Made by a program: the position numbers and the translations under genes. DNA of 64,000 bases from Guillardia theta CCMP2712 (lineage: Eukaryota > Protista > Cryptophyta), in assembly GCF_000315625.1 (NCBI RefSeq), contig NW_005434635.1, positions 531,617-595,616 on the forward strand. Reading direction: 5' to 3'. The notes beneath the pieces were generated by a model that was not told the origin of the DNA, searched no databases, and saw nothing but the letters and a program-made list of their open reading frames with translations. Positions 38,184 through 52,200 of the stretch are shown piece after piece (the first letter of the stretch is position 1; every line of letters begins with the position of its first letter).

Positions 38184-38531
38184 TCTCACAAGTTCCTTTG
38201 TCGGGATCCGTCATTGCGTCCTCAAACTGTGACCCCACCCCAAGGCATTTCTCTAATAAAAAGAAGGGATTCCGGGGGTAGAGGGGTTATATGTGTAGAT
38301 AGGACGATCGTTGAGTTTTTCAGGCAATGAGATGCCCGGGAGTAGGTCAAGCAGTCGATTGCGAGCTCATGGAGAGATGAAGCAGCTGGTTTCTTGTTGA
38401 AATGACTGCACATAACATGCTGGGCTCATGTCATTGTTCGCTTGTCCCCGCACATCTTGAACTTCGCGACTAGCATGTCTGATAGTTGTTGCTTGTTCTG
38501 GGTGCAGACCATCGAACGAGAGTGAGGCTAC

Positions 38532-41500
38532 ATGCAACCATTCTCTTCATGTTGTCTTCTCGTTATTCATATCAGCATTGTCAGTGGCTTCATCTACCCT
38601 CTTCATCCTCATGCAACAGATCAAAATCTCTGGCGAAAAGATAATTACTATCCTATCACTGAAGTCATCAAGCAGAAGTATTTGGATGTCGAGCGAAGAT
38701 GGTCTTCCTCGGTACCCACTGTTGATGACACAGTCTCGTCGCCTCCTGTTAGCACTCCCTTCGATCGAGGACCCTACGCTGAACGACGTGACTATGCACT
38801 GAATCTGCAGCCTGGCGCTCCTTTGTTCCATCCTCCAGATTCTCCTCCTGGCTCAATACCTGCCGACGGCCTGCGCGGGGGGAATTTTTGCGATGAAGGA
38901 GCTCTTGATAGTGAGTGTGTGATATCCAGACCTTTGAGCTTTCCGGGGAATTACACGATAAGTGGGATGGGAGTGACGCCATTTGTAAGGACAACCACGA
39001 CTCACTGTGATTCATTGGACTGCTCATGTGCCATAGACCTGGTCGAATTCCTTCCTTCAAAATCTGATCTCATATGGGCATCGATTACCGTGGAGATGGA
39101 GGAAGGATCAGCCTTCGTGACCAGCAAGCTCAAGTCAACGAAGATCGATGGTCATCTGCTCCAGGGCGAGTGTGAGACTCGAGTTTTATGTAAAGGTCAG
39201 GAGAGAACCAACATTTCAGACAAGAGCGCCTGCTTTCCCGGTTGTGGAACCTTCTACGAATGTCTTCATCAAGTGGACATTACGAATTTTGCGAAGGATG
39301 GGAGAATACATCTAGACTTCACTTCCAATGAGCATGAATTCTTTGGGCATCGATGTGGTGGACATATTCTGAATGTAAGGGTTACGGTTACTGGAGAGTA
39401 CCAGTCAATGGGAAGTTTGCGCCTCGCTCGTGGAGGAGGATTGTTTTGTGAAACGAAGAATTGTTCGTTATCTTTCCACAGTCTCCGCAAGCTTACCCTG
39501 GACGATGGATCAAGGATCTTCTCAGATAAGCTAAACTTCACTGTTAATTCAATGGAAATTGCAGGGCATGTAGCAGCAAACAGCTTAGAAATTACTTCTG
39601 GGGCTTTGGAATTGTCTCTTTCTGGTAGACTCTCTCACGTGGAGCCCAACCTTTTCTCCTCATGTCAGATTGACATACATCCGAAATTTGTCGAAACAAA
39701 ATATTCGTCAGAACTTCCTGTGGGATGCAACATAAGTTGTTTTCCTTGTTCATGTTTGGAGATTTACGGTTATTTACATTTCTCTTTCATCTTCGTAAGA
39801 GGCATCTCCCTCTTTATCGGGGCAGAGGGTCATATCTCTGCGGATGCTCTCGGTCATTTTGGAGGTGAAGGTCAGGGAGCGGGGTCCAGTTCTGACAGCG
39901 GTGGTGGCGGAGGAGGTTTTGGAGGCCGCGGGAGTGGAGGATGTGCCCTTGGGTCTGGGGATGGAGGCAGTGGATATGGCGAAGCCGTAGCTCCGAATAT
40001 GCTGGGAGTCTGTATCACTCTCGAAGACTGCCAGGCAGATTTTGGCTCACAAATAGGTAGCGGAGGCGGACATGGGATGGTGGAAGGCGGGCGAGGCGGT
40101 GGTGCGATAAGAATCTTGACTAGCACTGAGGTTCGCATCATTGGACGTTTGAGTGCAAACGGGGAAGATAGTGCTTGCTATCTCAAAGAGGTGACCAGGG
40201 GTATCTTCTTGTCCCAAGCCGGTGGAGGAGCAGGGAGTGGAGGATCGATTTGGATCTCCTCTGCCCGCTTGCTTGGGTCTGGTGTAGTCAGCACAAATGG
40301 CGGTTCTGCAAATCGTTCATGCGACACTGTGAAGGTGGTGACGTCAGGAGGAGGTGGAGGAGGTGGAAGGATTGCGATCGATTATGTCACGTTAGACATG
40401 GACCTCTTGCTTCATGCGCATGGAGGGACTTCCTTATGTGCAAGTGGAGGTGCAGGAACTGTGTTTGACTCCAATAGGATGGTTTATTTTCTTGACAACG
40501 GTGAAATATATAAGGTATCGTCAAATTTGGCATCTTCGTTTGCGTTCCTTCAGGATCAACCGACAACTCAAGTAGCTTTGACTCCGTGGCCTCAATGGGA
40601 GGAGAGAGGTACTAATCATTTGAATATTGCTATATCCTTTTGATTTGTTGTATGCAGCAAACGTCTATCGTCAAATTGTGTGTTGCTTGAACTCTACAAG
40701 AGTTCATTATCCGGTCAATGGATGCAATCCTGCTGTTGTGGAGCAGGTTTACGTTCAGAATAGTGCTTTTGCTGAATTTCCCAAAAGCAGCTTATCTGTT
40801 CTTGTTGTCCAAAATAGTGCTTCAGTCGTTGCTACTAACTCCTCTGCAATGCTCACAGTCTCTTCTAAGATTGTACTGAGAAATGGACTGATCGGTTGTC
40901 TTGGTTGCTCCACAAGTTCGCTCGATGTTTTAAGGAATTCATGTGATGAAATTTGTCCGAATTGGAAGATTGTGTGCGATGGACATATTGTGATGGATGG
41001 CTACAGCAAGATGATTGGAAACAATATTAGCATTCTTGTGCAACAAAACATGTTTATACTGCAAGGAGCTATGCTATATCCCAGCTCTTGGAATATTTTC
41101 TCGTCGATTGAAATTGATTGCTCCAGTTTAGTACTCAATGGTACAATACACTTTTCCATCATTCAATTGAACGTTACCAATATCAGCATCCTCGAAGCTG
41201 GGTTGATCTCTGCTGATGGGAGTGGAGCGATGGCAGGTACCGGACTTGGAGATGGTCTTTCGAATCGCCTTGGGGGGGAGGAGGGGGTCATGGAGGACGA
41301 GGAGCTCAAGCATGCTCCTCGAATATGACGGGAGGAGCTGCATATGATCAGCTCATTCCAACAGAATTTGGAAGTGCTGGCGGCTATGGCAACCTGAACT
41401 TGACGTCAGGAGAGCTAGAGGAAGAGGTCAAGTTGTCAAGGAATGGCTCTTGGAACCTCGTAACTTTATCTTCTGTGGGGTTTGCCGTCCGTCAAGTACA

Positions 41501-44500
41501 ACGTACGAGAGAATCCGCTTCCTTGACCAGTGGTTTCTGCCAGTTGAGGGGAATGCGCTTATTTCCTGGTATGTTGCCCCAGTACGTCACCCCTGCAGAG
41601 AAGCTTCCTCGCTTTAAGACTGATTGTCCAGTCGGTATGCGAGGAAGCAGCATGCGAGACTGGTGTTGCTCGGGCTTGAATTGTGACTGTATTCTCGTCA
41701 GGAACAATTCTGTTCCAGGGGGAAGGGGTGGAGGGATTATCAAATTGTTTGCGTCCAAACAGGTACAGTTGAATGGTTCAATTAGCGCCAATGGCGAGAG
41801 TTATGTGTGCAACCGTGGATACCCTACGTTCTCAACAGGAGGAGGAGGTGCAGGAGGATCTATTTCTATTAGTGCCCAGCAGTTCCTTGGAGCTGGAAAC
41901 ATTTGCTCCTCCGGAGGATCGGTACAAGTCGCGTGTTCCTCAACTATCAGTGGAGGCGGCGGAGCTGGCGGGCGGATCTTCCTAAGAAACCATGACAGCG
42001 ACGTGATCGATCTCATCTCGCTCGAGCTCAATATCTCTGCGTTTGGAGGATCGAGCGATGGATGTGGAGCAGGTGGAGCAGGAACGATCTTCATTGAGTT
42101 CAATCAGACTCTAATCGTCGACAATGGCTTTGCTTCTTTCTGGTCTGCCATAACTCCTTTTCCTTACCAAGACTCTTCGCATGCGAATCTGACCGATATT
42201 ATCGTCAGACGAAGAGCCTCATTTCTATTCCCTGTGGCGGACGCAATTTCTTCTGCACTGTCTGTATGGGTGAGAGACAAGGGATTCTTGGCTGCTGGCG
42301 AGAGAAGCGCAGCTCTGCAAGTGAAAACGCTAATAGTGCTAAACGAGGGCCTTGTGGGTTGTCTCATGTGTTGGAGCAGCACTGATTCTATGAATAATCT
42401 TCCTGGCTGTTCAGACGAGCAAACCCTCTGCCCTGCAATGAGGTGAGTTCTGGATGCGTGTAAATGCATGTTCTGATGATGTGCACGCAGCATCGCGACG
42501 AAAACCTGATTGTTCAGCAAGGATCAAAGCTTCATTTCCTGACTTTGAATATCTCCGTCACTGATATGTTTGTGTTGGATGAGACAAGTGAGATCTCTGC
42601 AGCAGACCTGCTCACTTTCTCTGAGCTCAACATCAACTCGACTTATCTCAGATGCGATGGTCTGGTTCGATCATCTTCCCTCGACATTTCTGGCATCTCC
42701 GCCTTCCTCTCTAAGACCTGTAGAATCATGTCCAAGGCACTTGGTCACCCTGCAGGAAGCGGGCCCTCTCCTGGTGCCTCAGGAGTGACCGGAGGGGGAG
42801 GAGGCGGCAATGGGGGTAACGGAGCGCAGCCTTGTTCCTTTGATGTCGGGGGAGGTATTGTGAATGTGACTTCGGGTCTACGATGGATCTACGGAAGTGG
42901 AGGAGGAAACAGTGAAAGTATGCAAACTTTTCGTGGTGGAAGGGGAGGAGGTAGGGTAAGAGTGACCATGCAGGAGAACATTACAATGCAAGGTATAATC
43001 AACGTGGACGGGGCTGATACCTATTGCTCCAAGAGCGATCAGGAGTTTTCTCACCTCATACAAGGTCTTGGAAGTTCGAGCTTGTTCTCTGGTGGAGGTG
43101 GAGCAGGGGGTTCAATATGGATCGATTCTCATTGGATCTTTGGCTCCGGACTCCTTTCTGCAAGAGGAGGAAACACGTTTGATGGATGTGGTTCCGGTCT
43201 TCCAGGCGGGGGCGGGGGCGGAGGAGGAATACAAATACGAACTCCGAGCAACAAGAGCTTGAACTTGAGGTTAACTGCTGTAGGAGGATACAGCGGAATC
43301 TCCTATCAAACACAAAGAGGTTTTCCAGGAATTTGCTCAGCCGGGGGGGCAGGTTTGTTGTACCTCATTTTTGACAACTCTTCTTTGCTTATGATCGACA
43401 ATGGGCGATCTGATTACGCATCTGCGCTGACCCCTTTTCCTTCTCTTTTTTCTTGCCCTTCACGTATCGTCGTTCGAAACGGAGCCCAGCTGGAATTTCC
43501 TCATCCACAAGACTCGGAGTGCGTTACAAGCTTTCTGGTCACCAACAAGTCATCCCTCTTGGCCTCCCACCGGCGACTTTTAAGTGCTTCTGTCTTACAT
43601 GTCTATGACGGGATATTGGGTGGCGTCACATGTGGAATGAGCATGGCAACACAAAATCTGATGCCGGGATGTTCGTCAGACTGTGACAAGATTTACATCT
43701 CTGCACAAACTCTGCAAGTCGAAGGAGGAGCGCAAGTAATGGGATGCAACCTCTGGATCAATTCCTCTCGAGTTGTTATAAGTCAGTCTTCTGGATTACT
43801 GGCAAGTGACTCGCAGCGAAACTCCACACTGAGTCTTCTTTGTCAAGATTTGATGATTGCTGGAATCGTTCGCTTTGCCACAATTGAGATTAATAGCTCC
43901 AACAGCTTAGGAGTGACGGAGAGCGGCGTTGTTTCTGCTGCTGCTCTTGGCTATGCGGCAGAATCTGGTTCTGGTCCTGGAGGAAGCTCGATGGGAGGAG
44001 GTGGTGGAGGTGCTAATATAGGAGACGGGGATTTCGCTTGCAAGAAGTCAATCACAGGACTTTTTTTGGGTGCAAAAGGTCTGCATGTTGGAAATAGCAA
44101 TGAAAGCTTGTGGGATTTTGGAAGTGGAGGAGGGAATGGATTGACTGAAGTCAATTATAATATCACAACCAACTATCAAATAATGGTGAACAAAAATGGG
44201 GTTTCTGTAGGTCCTATACAATCCTTGCCTCCCGGAGATGAATTGTTGTCAAATGTTTATAGGATAGAGAAAGGACTTCTGAGTATTGGCGACGGAAAGA
44301 TTGTAAACTCTAATTGGCAGGGCAACGTAATGGATCTGACGGGAAAAGCCAGCGGGTCTTGGGTTCGAAAAGACTACTTGCAATGTCTGAAGCGAGGGAC
44401 GAATTTGACTGATGATGGTTTGGTTGTAAACCTCAGAAATCGTTTTTCTTGTGCTGATGGCTATGCCGAGTCATCACTGACGGAGTACTGCTGTCCAGTG

Positions 44501-47500
44501 GACACCTCGAGCTCAATGGGATGGCAGGATCTACTGAGATTAGGTTGTGATTGCTTGTCAGAACCTAAAGTCAGCAATCCTGGAGGACGGGGAGGAGGAA
44601 GGATCAGACTTCTTGCATTGAACACAATAGATATGAATGGAACAATTTCAGCAGACGGAGAAACAACGCTGGTTCTTCAGACGAGTTCTACAGTTCTGAA
44701 TTGGTCTGTCAGCGGTGGAGGAGGAGCAGGGGGATCTGTTTCAATGATTGCTCCAATCATATCCGGAAATGGACTTGTTTCTGCGTCTGGTGGAGGCAGG
44801 TAAGATAAAGTCTTTTCATGTTGATATCTGCTGACACACGCATAGTTTTTCCACGGAACCGAATGTATTACCAGGAGGAGGAGGTGGAGGAGGGCAGATT
44901 GAAATCTTCTCGATGTTGGTCACGTCCGAGATGCACTTCAAGGTAGAACCAGGAAGAAGTAATTGCCACGACAGTCGGATCGGGCGATACTGTGATCCTG
45001 TCTATCAGGGTCTCTGCAGCTACAAGGAGCTGAACGAGAGTTTCGATGAATTTTCAATCACCAATCCCTGGCTGATGTGGATCAATGAGCCTCTTGGATC
45101 TTGCTTAGATGGGAAAACTGAGTTTTCTTTGAAGGAGCGCGAAAGACTCACACATTACAATCCTGTGCAAGGGAAGTGCTGGGATGTGAGTTTGTCAAAG
45201 TCAGGTTGGTTGCGAATCTTTCCAAGACATTACAGGCAGTTTTTCGTGAATGATACAGCACACAGACTTGCATATCATCTTCCGGGGAATTCCTCTTTTG
45301 ACGTTGAGACCCGGATGGTGTTGATGAATAATGACTCTTCCTGTGTCATTGGTGGGCTGTACGTACTTGGAGTGGTTCATGGAGTTTCAAACCGTTCGCC
45401 ATGGCACTTCGTATCATCCGACGGAGTCACCATGGAATGGGTCAAGGTCGGGGTGTTGGACACGGGGGACACGGGTAGACTGCAGGTGAGCGTTTTGTCT
45501 AGATTCGCATTTTGTCAACTCACCTCTTTGACCAGTGGACTACATACGGAACCGTCCTGGAGGAAGTCTTCGGTGTGCGTGACAGATTTCATTCGACGCA
45601 CGTTCATCTTCGCCTCCAAAAGGGCACCAACCAAACACTTACTGCCTTCTGGCGGCAGGATGCAGAAACCGAGTGGACTGCGATGAATCCTCAGCTGAAT
45701 TTTGCGTGGGAGTCCATTGAAGTAGGACTCTATGCCGCGCAATGCGAAGAATACGGCAACGCAAGCGTAGACTTTGATTACATAATCGACAGATCGAAAA
45801 TTTCGCATGATGAAGTGTTCGGGGGATCAGCAGAGCCGGGACTTCTTAGCCATGCCAGTTGTGTTGGCAGAGGAATAGGGGACACAACAACAAGTGATCC
45901 AAGTGTTTCTGATGCGCTCCAGAAGTCTGTGGATGTGAAAGGATTTTCTCAAGAGATGAAAGAAGTTCATCTTGTTGATGGCGATTACAGTACTGGAAGT
46001 GGCGGGTTGGAGATGAATGATGTCAAGACGATTGTTCTGCGAGGAAGCGTCACTTCACAAGACTTTGTATACGCATGGAATTCTACAAGTTCCGGTCATT
46101 TTGTCAAGACTCCACGCTACGATGAATCATTAGGCGGCTTTTACGACAATTTTGCTTGGAACGGAACGGGTTGGACACCTCTGGTGGTACGATACACTGT
46201 TTCTTTCAGACCGAGTCTTGTTGAGTCGAAGATGGTTTTTTTTATTGACGGAGTGGAAAGACCGACACTCATCGTTACCAGACCGTCTGAATACAAGCAG
46301 CCAAGAATCTATATCTTTACGATAGCAGAACAGAATTCCAATCACTCAGTGGAAGGGTTTGTCTTAACAACGCAGAAAGGAGTAGGTTTCGACCATGCAT
46401 ACACCACAGGGACGCGAAACAATGGAGCAGATGCAGGAGAAGTTGAACTACATGTTTGGGCCAGTGCCCCTGACACTCTGTACTATCAGGGAACCAAGAC
46501 AACCGATGTGGGAGGTATGATCGAGGTCAGAGACTCGCTGCTCGCTCCGTCCAAGCTTGTCCGCACAAGACGTCTAATGGAGGAGAGGCCGATGAATCAA
46601 GTAGATGAATCCAAAGATTCTTTCCGAGAAAGTCTGAGGACATACTACATGAAGCATAATAGAGCAAAGCTGACGGATCTCGAGGACATGGTGAATGAGT
46701 GGTTTCTCAAACAAGAAGAACTTGATCAACTCCTTTCTTTGAAGTATGGCGAAGCTTTGTCATTGCATCGATCTGCATCGACCTCTGAATCCTCCATGGC
46801 CCAATTGATGCCCAAATCACCAATCTTGCTACATCCACATACTACTCCGACTCCGCCATTGCCTTCATCACCTAAAGAACTCCTGGGACAAGACGCACGC
46901 GTCGACACGGAAGCTCAGAGCAGTCCTAATCCAAAAGAGCAAGTCAAGGCTTCAATCAAGAGTCACAAGTTTCAGCTCAGGCTGAATGAAGAATCTGCTC
47001 TTCTTGAAGCGAAATCAAGAAATATTCCATTTCTGAGGAGAAATCTAAGCCTGGAGGAAACTGTTGTAGGGCCAGCGAAAGTTGTAATCTCATGTGGAGG
47101 AGGATATTTTTTTTCACCTCTTATGAAAACATCGCCTATGCTGGTTGTCGTTGACCTCAATGTTGAATTCGTTGATTGCAATTTTGTATTCTCCGATAGT
47201 CTTGTCTTGTCCTCTTCGGTCTCGATCTTGCTTCAAAGGAGCATCGTGCGCTTTTCGAGATGTGCGTTCTCGAAAGGAAGGAGCGGACTGGAGATTGACT
47301 CTTCCATGGTAGACTTTCGCGACTGTAGATTTAGTGATGTTGAATATCAACATGATGGCTCATCGCTTTCTCTGGGCTACCGGAAGATAATCGCAGGAGG
47401 AGGTTTGCAGCAAGCAGCATCGTTGGATCAAATGTTTGCCATGTCTCCTCAAGTCTACATGGCAGATGTGAAGTTTGAGAACAACTCGGCAAGCATGGGA

Positions 47501-49108
47501 GGAGCTCTGCGTGTTTCGAGAGGAAGCTTTTATTGCCAACGCTGCGAGTTCAGCAGGAACTCGGCGAGGAGAGACGGAGGAGCTATCGTGCTGGAGGGAT
47601 CTGCAGCAGTGATCATTACGAACTCGCTCTTTGAAAGAAATGTCGCTACAGGAGGAGGGTCGCTCGCGCTTCTCAGTGGAAGTGCTATCTTTGCCCAAGT
47701 TGATTTCAACTTCAATTTTGCCCGCCTGTATGGAGGAGCGATACTTTATAACATGTCTGCCGTACCATACAAGCTCGCTCGAGAGTGCGATTGCAAAATT
47801 TCCTACAGAGTTTTGCCTTGTTTGACAGCTTTTTTACGATGCAACTTTCTCAATAACTCAGTCATCGGCTCCACCAAGGTATGTATGATTTGTTACTGTC
47901 GGGACAAATGCTCAATTGTTTCAACTACAGGAAGTAGGAAATGGAGGAGCAATTTTCTTTCTCGGTTCTGGATCAGCTTCGATTGAGGGGAGCTCGTTCA
48001 TACAGAATTTTGTTGGTGGACCCAACGGCATGGGTGGATGTTTCGGAATGAAGGATGGAGGTTCTTTATATGTCAGAGACACACTGGTGAATCTTCTTGA
48101 TCGTTTTTGTGAATGAGCTCAAGGTACCCTGCCAGATTTCAAATAATTCTGCGGGTTATGGCGCAGTTTTGCGAGTTGAAGAAAACGTGTTTTCGGTTCT
48201 GACAGATCGCCATGCTTGTGATCGTTTTTTTAGGTAATTCGCAGTATTTCAGTACTATTTGACAACACAACCATCTTTCAAAACACTGCGAGCAGATTTG
48301 GTGGAAATGCGTGCATGCTTGTTGCAAGTTTAATTGTAGTGCAGGAGGGATTTTGTCTGCATTTGTCAGCACTAAAGTCGCGCGGATTCCCTTCCTCTAC
48401 GCCGCAGGAAGGTTTTACTACAAGCTTGGACTCAGCGACTACCGCGAGTTTCCTCTTTTACGCTTTGGTTTCAACGGGAATCCGTACCTCGATCCCCACA
48501 GTGCAACCCTGCTGCCAAATGGCCTTGGTGAGAACCATGAGGGAGAAAAGGGGTCAAGGAGCGGGATGGAGCTGACTGAGGGACAGGTCTTACTGCAAGC
48601 AATCCATACGAGCCCGCGTGGTTCACAAAAGAGCTTCCTGCTGACCCAAGATTGACCGATCAGTGGCCCTTTTATGCTACAGGGGAGCGATTCACAGGTT
48701 GGAGGGAGGCGAGTAGACAGCAAAAGATGGGGAGGGACGGGGGTTTGTGGGGGTTTGGAAGCGGAGGACGGGCTTGATGTTTCGATAGGGTATTTCAGTC
48801 CTTTAGCGCAGCCTGGCCAAAAGGTTGCATCTGGAGGGCTCTCGTTCGTCCTCTATGATGGTGCTCCAGTTTTGGATGGATGGTAAGGAAGCGAATAGTG
48901 GAGACCAATGCTGAGAGATGGTGGACCAGGGAGCAGGTTGTAGGACAAGTCATCTTCAAAGACTGCAACATCTACGAGAACATGCCGGCAGGGCTTTCGG
49001 CATGCTACATGGACGTCGAAACTCACAAGTAGAGCGATGAATCTTTGTGCGGAGAAACTGACAAATTTGACAGGCAAACGTGTTTGGGTGACAAGCAGCT
49101 CTTGTAAC
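38532..49108 (+). CDS. Giant secreted Gly-rich repeat protein (GGGAGGSI / GGRGGGRI / GGAGT modules) followed by a lectin-like region and GGA(I/L)-FxxN polymorphic-membrane-protein-like beta-helix repeats; multi-exon
   Basis: Signal peptide; four recurrences of the module ISAxG..GGGAGGSI..GGGGGGRI..GGAGT; later FENNSASMGGAL, FSRNSARRDGGAI, FNFARLYGGAI; ORFs linked by short introns; 3' end uncertain. Confidence 0.7.
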
Positions 49109-49203
49109 TCCTAATTTCTCTTTTACTTTGCTGTTCGTATTTGTATTTTTTCATTCTGCTTTGTCTGTGTACCATGTTATCTGTCTCCATGTTAATGTAA
49201 AAA

Positions 49204-52200
49204 TCAGCTTATATTGCATGCTTTGCTCTTTTTGTTGCCCGATTCAAGCTGCTTCATCTTCTCCGACGCATCCTTTTGCTCTTCTCGAACTTTTCCTGTC
49301 AAACATCAGGTGTGAGAGACTGTCATGATCAAGAGGAGGCGCACGGAGCTCTTCCTCCATGCGAGCTTTTTCCTCAAGAATCTTATTTATTTCATCATCT
49401 GCTCGACTCTCGTCAGTTCCATACTTTTAAGCAATGAACAAACCTGAGCGGGCAGGTGCAGTCTTGGGTTCCTGTTGCAGGGTCTTTTCGTTTAAAAGTC
49501 GATCACGCTCTTCCTGCAGCTTCTTTGCCTCCTCCTCCATCTGCTTCTGCAATTTCTGTCTTTCTAGTTGGAGTCTATTTTGGATCTCCTTTTCGATGTC
49601 TTCCTTAATGTTTTGCGAGCTACTGCCATCCTTCATTGTCTTCAACTCTCTTTCAAGCCGTTCTTTCTCTTGTTTCAGTTTGTTTGCCTCGTCTTGCAGA
49701 CGCTTGGCCTCTATCTTGCGCTCTTCTTCGATTCTTTGCTTCTCCAGTCGAGCAGCTTCTAGTTCCTGCCTGAATTTCTCCGCTTCTGCCAACTTTTCAG
49801 CTGTCTCGGGCTTCGTGTTCGAGGCAGTGCCCGCTTCATATTGGCGCATATTCAGATCGTCATCGTCCTCTTCCTCGATTATGAGAATATCGGAGCTCCA
49901 TCCCTCCTTCTTGATTTCCGAAGATGCAGATGCAGAGGTAATTGGTCGGAGAAGATTCTCCTCCAGCTCTTTCAATCGAGCTTCCTTCTCCTCGAGCTCT
50001 CGTTGCTTCTTTTCATTCTTCTGATTCATCTCGGCAATCTCTGCATGGGACGCACGAAAGTTTCCCTTCCGGGTGGCGTGATTGGGATTGAAAGACTCTA
50101 CTCCTTGGATCTGGAACGAGATGGCCTCTGCTAACAGGGTCTGTTCGAATTCCTCGTTGAGGACGACTGGAAATCTTCTCTTGTGATTAAATATTGGCTG
50201 AGACGTTCTCTCGTTGCATCTCTCTGTGTAGTGCTCTTGCTCATTGAAGTCAATGTAGACGACCAAGTAGTTGTGAAGATGATCGGGAAGACCTCGAGCA
50301 GACAAAATCTCAACTTGCAGAACTGCATTTGACATCCAAATGTCCCGGATGTTTTCTGCTGGCACTCCATCCTCCACCTCAAAGGTCTTGCCCTGCTCGT
50401 TGAGCACTTCAATCTTGACGCTGATCTCGCCCTCCGACTTTCCCTTGTAGTCGATGATTGGCGTCGTCAGTTCAATTGGAATTAGCCAGTAAAGACTGAC
50501 AAAGAACATTTCAGTGAGGGAAAAGGGGGACAGGGTGAGAAAGAATTCATGTATCGCATGCAAAGAAAACATCTGAAGGAACAGAGGTGAAGCAAAAGAA
50601 TGCAAATTACAGAGTTAATGCTCCTTGACACTGAAGAGCAAAGAAGAAAAGAGAGACGTCAACAAAGAGAAGGAATGAAGCAGCAAGCTGCAAAAGAGAA
50701 GGTGAATGAAAACAACTTTACCTCTCAAGGTAGACGTGAGCATGACCCAACACAACATCGTCGTCGACATCTCTGAATGGATCTTCTTTTTTCGAATCTT
50801 CTTCTTCGCTGTCCAGCAGGTGGATTTCCCTATGATAGTAATCTCGCATGCTGTAAATGCGATCCATAAACTTTTCCCGCGACCACAGTCGATTCTTCTC
50901 TGTCAATGTATCTACTACTCTGACAGCAATCGTGTTCTCATTCTGCAAGGAGCCTATTGAGTTTCTCCTCATCCTCTGTCTAGTCTCCATGACATTTCTC
51001 TGCACAATCTTGAGCTCAAACTTACATCCCTTGTCAAGCTCCTCACTGATCATGTTTGCTTCGTGGATTAGCGGAAGCATGGATACGATCCTGTCATGCA
51101 GTAATTCATTTTCTCTCCTCTTCTTGCTCTGCTGTGCTCGAAGCTGCTCAGCCTCTTCCTCCCTGTGCCGCAGTTGTTCCTCCAACTGCTTTTGACGCTC
51201 AAGTAGTGCGCGCTCTTCTGCTTCGAATTTCTTCTGCGCTTCCTCCTTCTCCTTTCCAACCAGGCTTTTCATCTCTTCATCCTTTTTCTGAATTATGAGC
51301 TGCTGCTCTTCGAGTTTCTTTTGCACTTCTTCGCGTTCCTGCTGCAATCTTGTCTCTGCTTCTTCAATTTTCTTCTTCATTTCCTCTGCCATCTTCAATT
51401 CTTGCTCGCTCTCCACCAACACATCTGAATGTCCAGCAGCAATTGCAAGTTCGTGCTGAGCGAATTCCCAGTCGATGACTGGGGCTTCTGGAGGGGTTTC
51501 TCCCCTGGATATTGCCTGCTGACGAAGCCTTTCATGTTCGGCTGCTTCCAGGGGATTGTTAAAGCGGAAGAGATGGTTGTTGCCGAAGCGGATCCTGTCG
51601 TTTTGTTTCAAAAGCTGCGGGCTATCGGAGTCAAGCATAATGCCGTTGATCCAGGTGCGAGAGTTGCCAACTTTAACAATGCTGACTGCTCCACCATCGT
51701 TGATGATGCGACAGTGCTCCTTCGACATGTTGAGCCCCACGAATTTGATAGTTTGCGGCACGTCTGCATCTGGTCTGCCTACAGTTGTAGTCCCGCCGCG
51801 CAGGGCGTAGATGACAGCTCCAGACTTCATCGGATCTTCGTTTATGTTGACCAACTGTGGCATCGAGAGTTCATCCTCCGATACAGCGATTCCCATCTCT
51901 TCCATGATTCGCTTCCTATCTGACTCCATCGCCTCAGCATCTTTGATTTTTTCATCCCATGATTTGTTGAGCTCTTCCAGGAGCTTCTTGCTTTCCGCCA
52001 GCTCCTCTTCGAGCTTGGACTTCTCCCTAGCTGCTTCCTCAGCCTCCTTCCTTGCTGCTGCTGTCAAAGATTCAAGCTCAACCTCGCTCGGAGTGGATTT
52101 TTCTGCAAGCTTTCTCAGCCGTTCTACCTCTTCCTGCAACTCTCTGATCAGCTTTTGGTTGGGTCTTCATTGACGATGGCGGTGTTCTTGATTTGCTTAG

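Noticed and set aside
37847-38330. CSCS / PAPA / QEQE / RSRS ORFs
   Set aside because: All derive from one intergenic hexamer repeat
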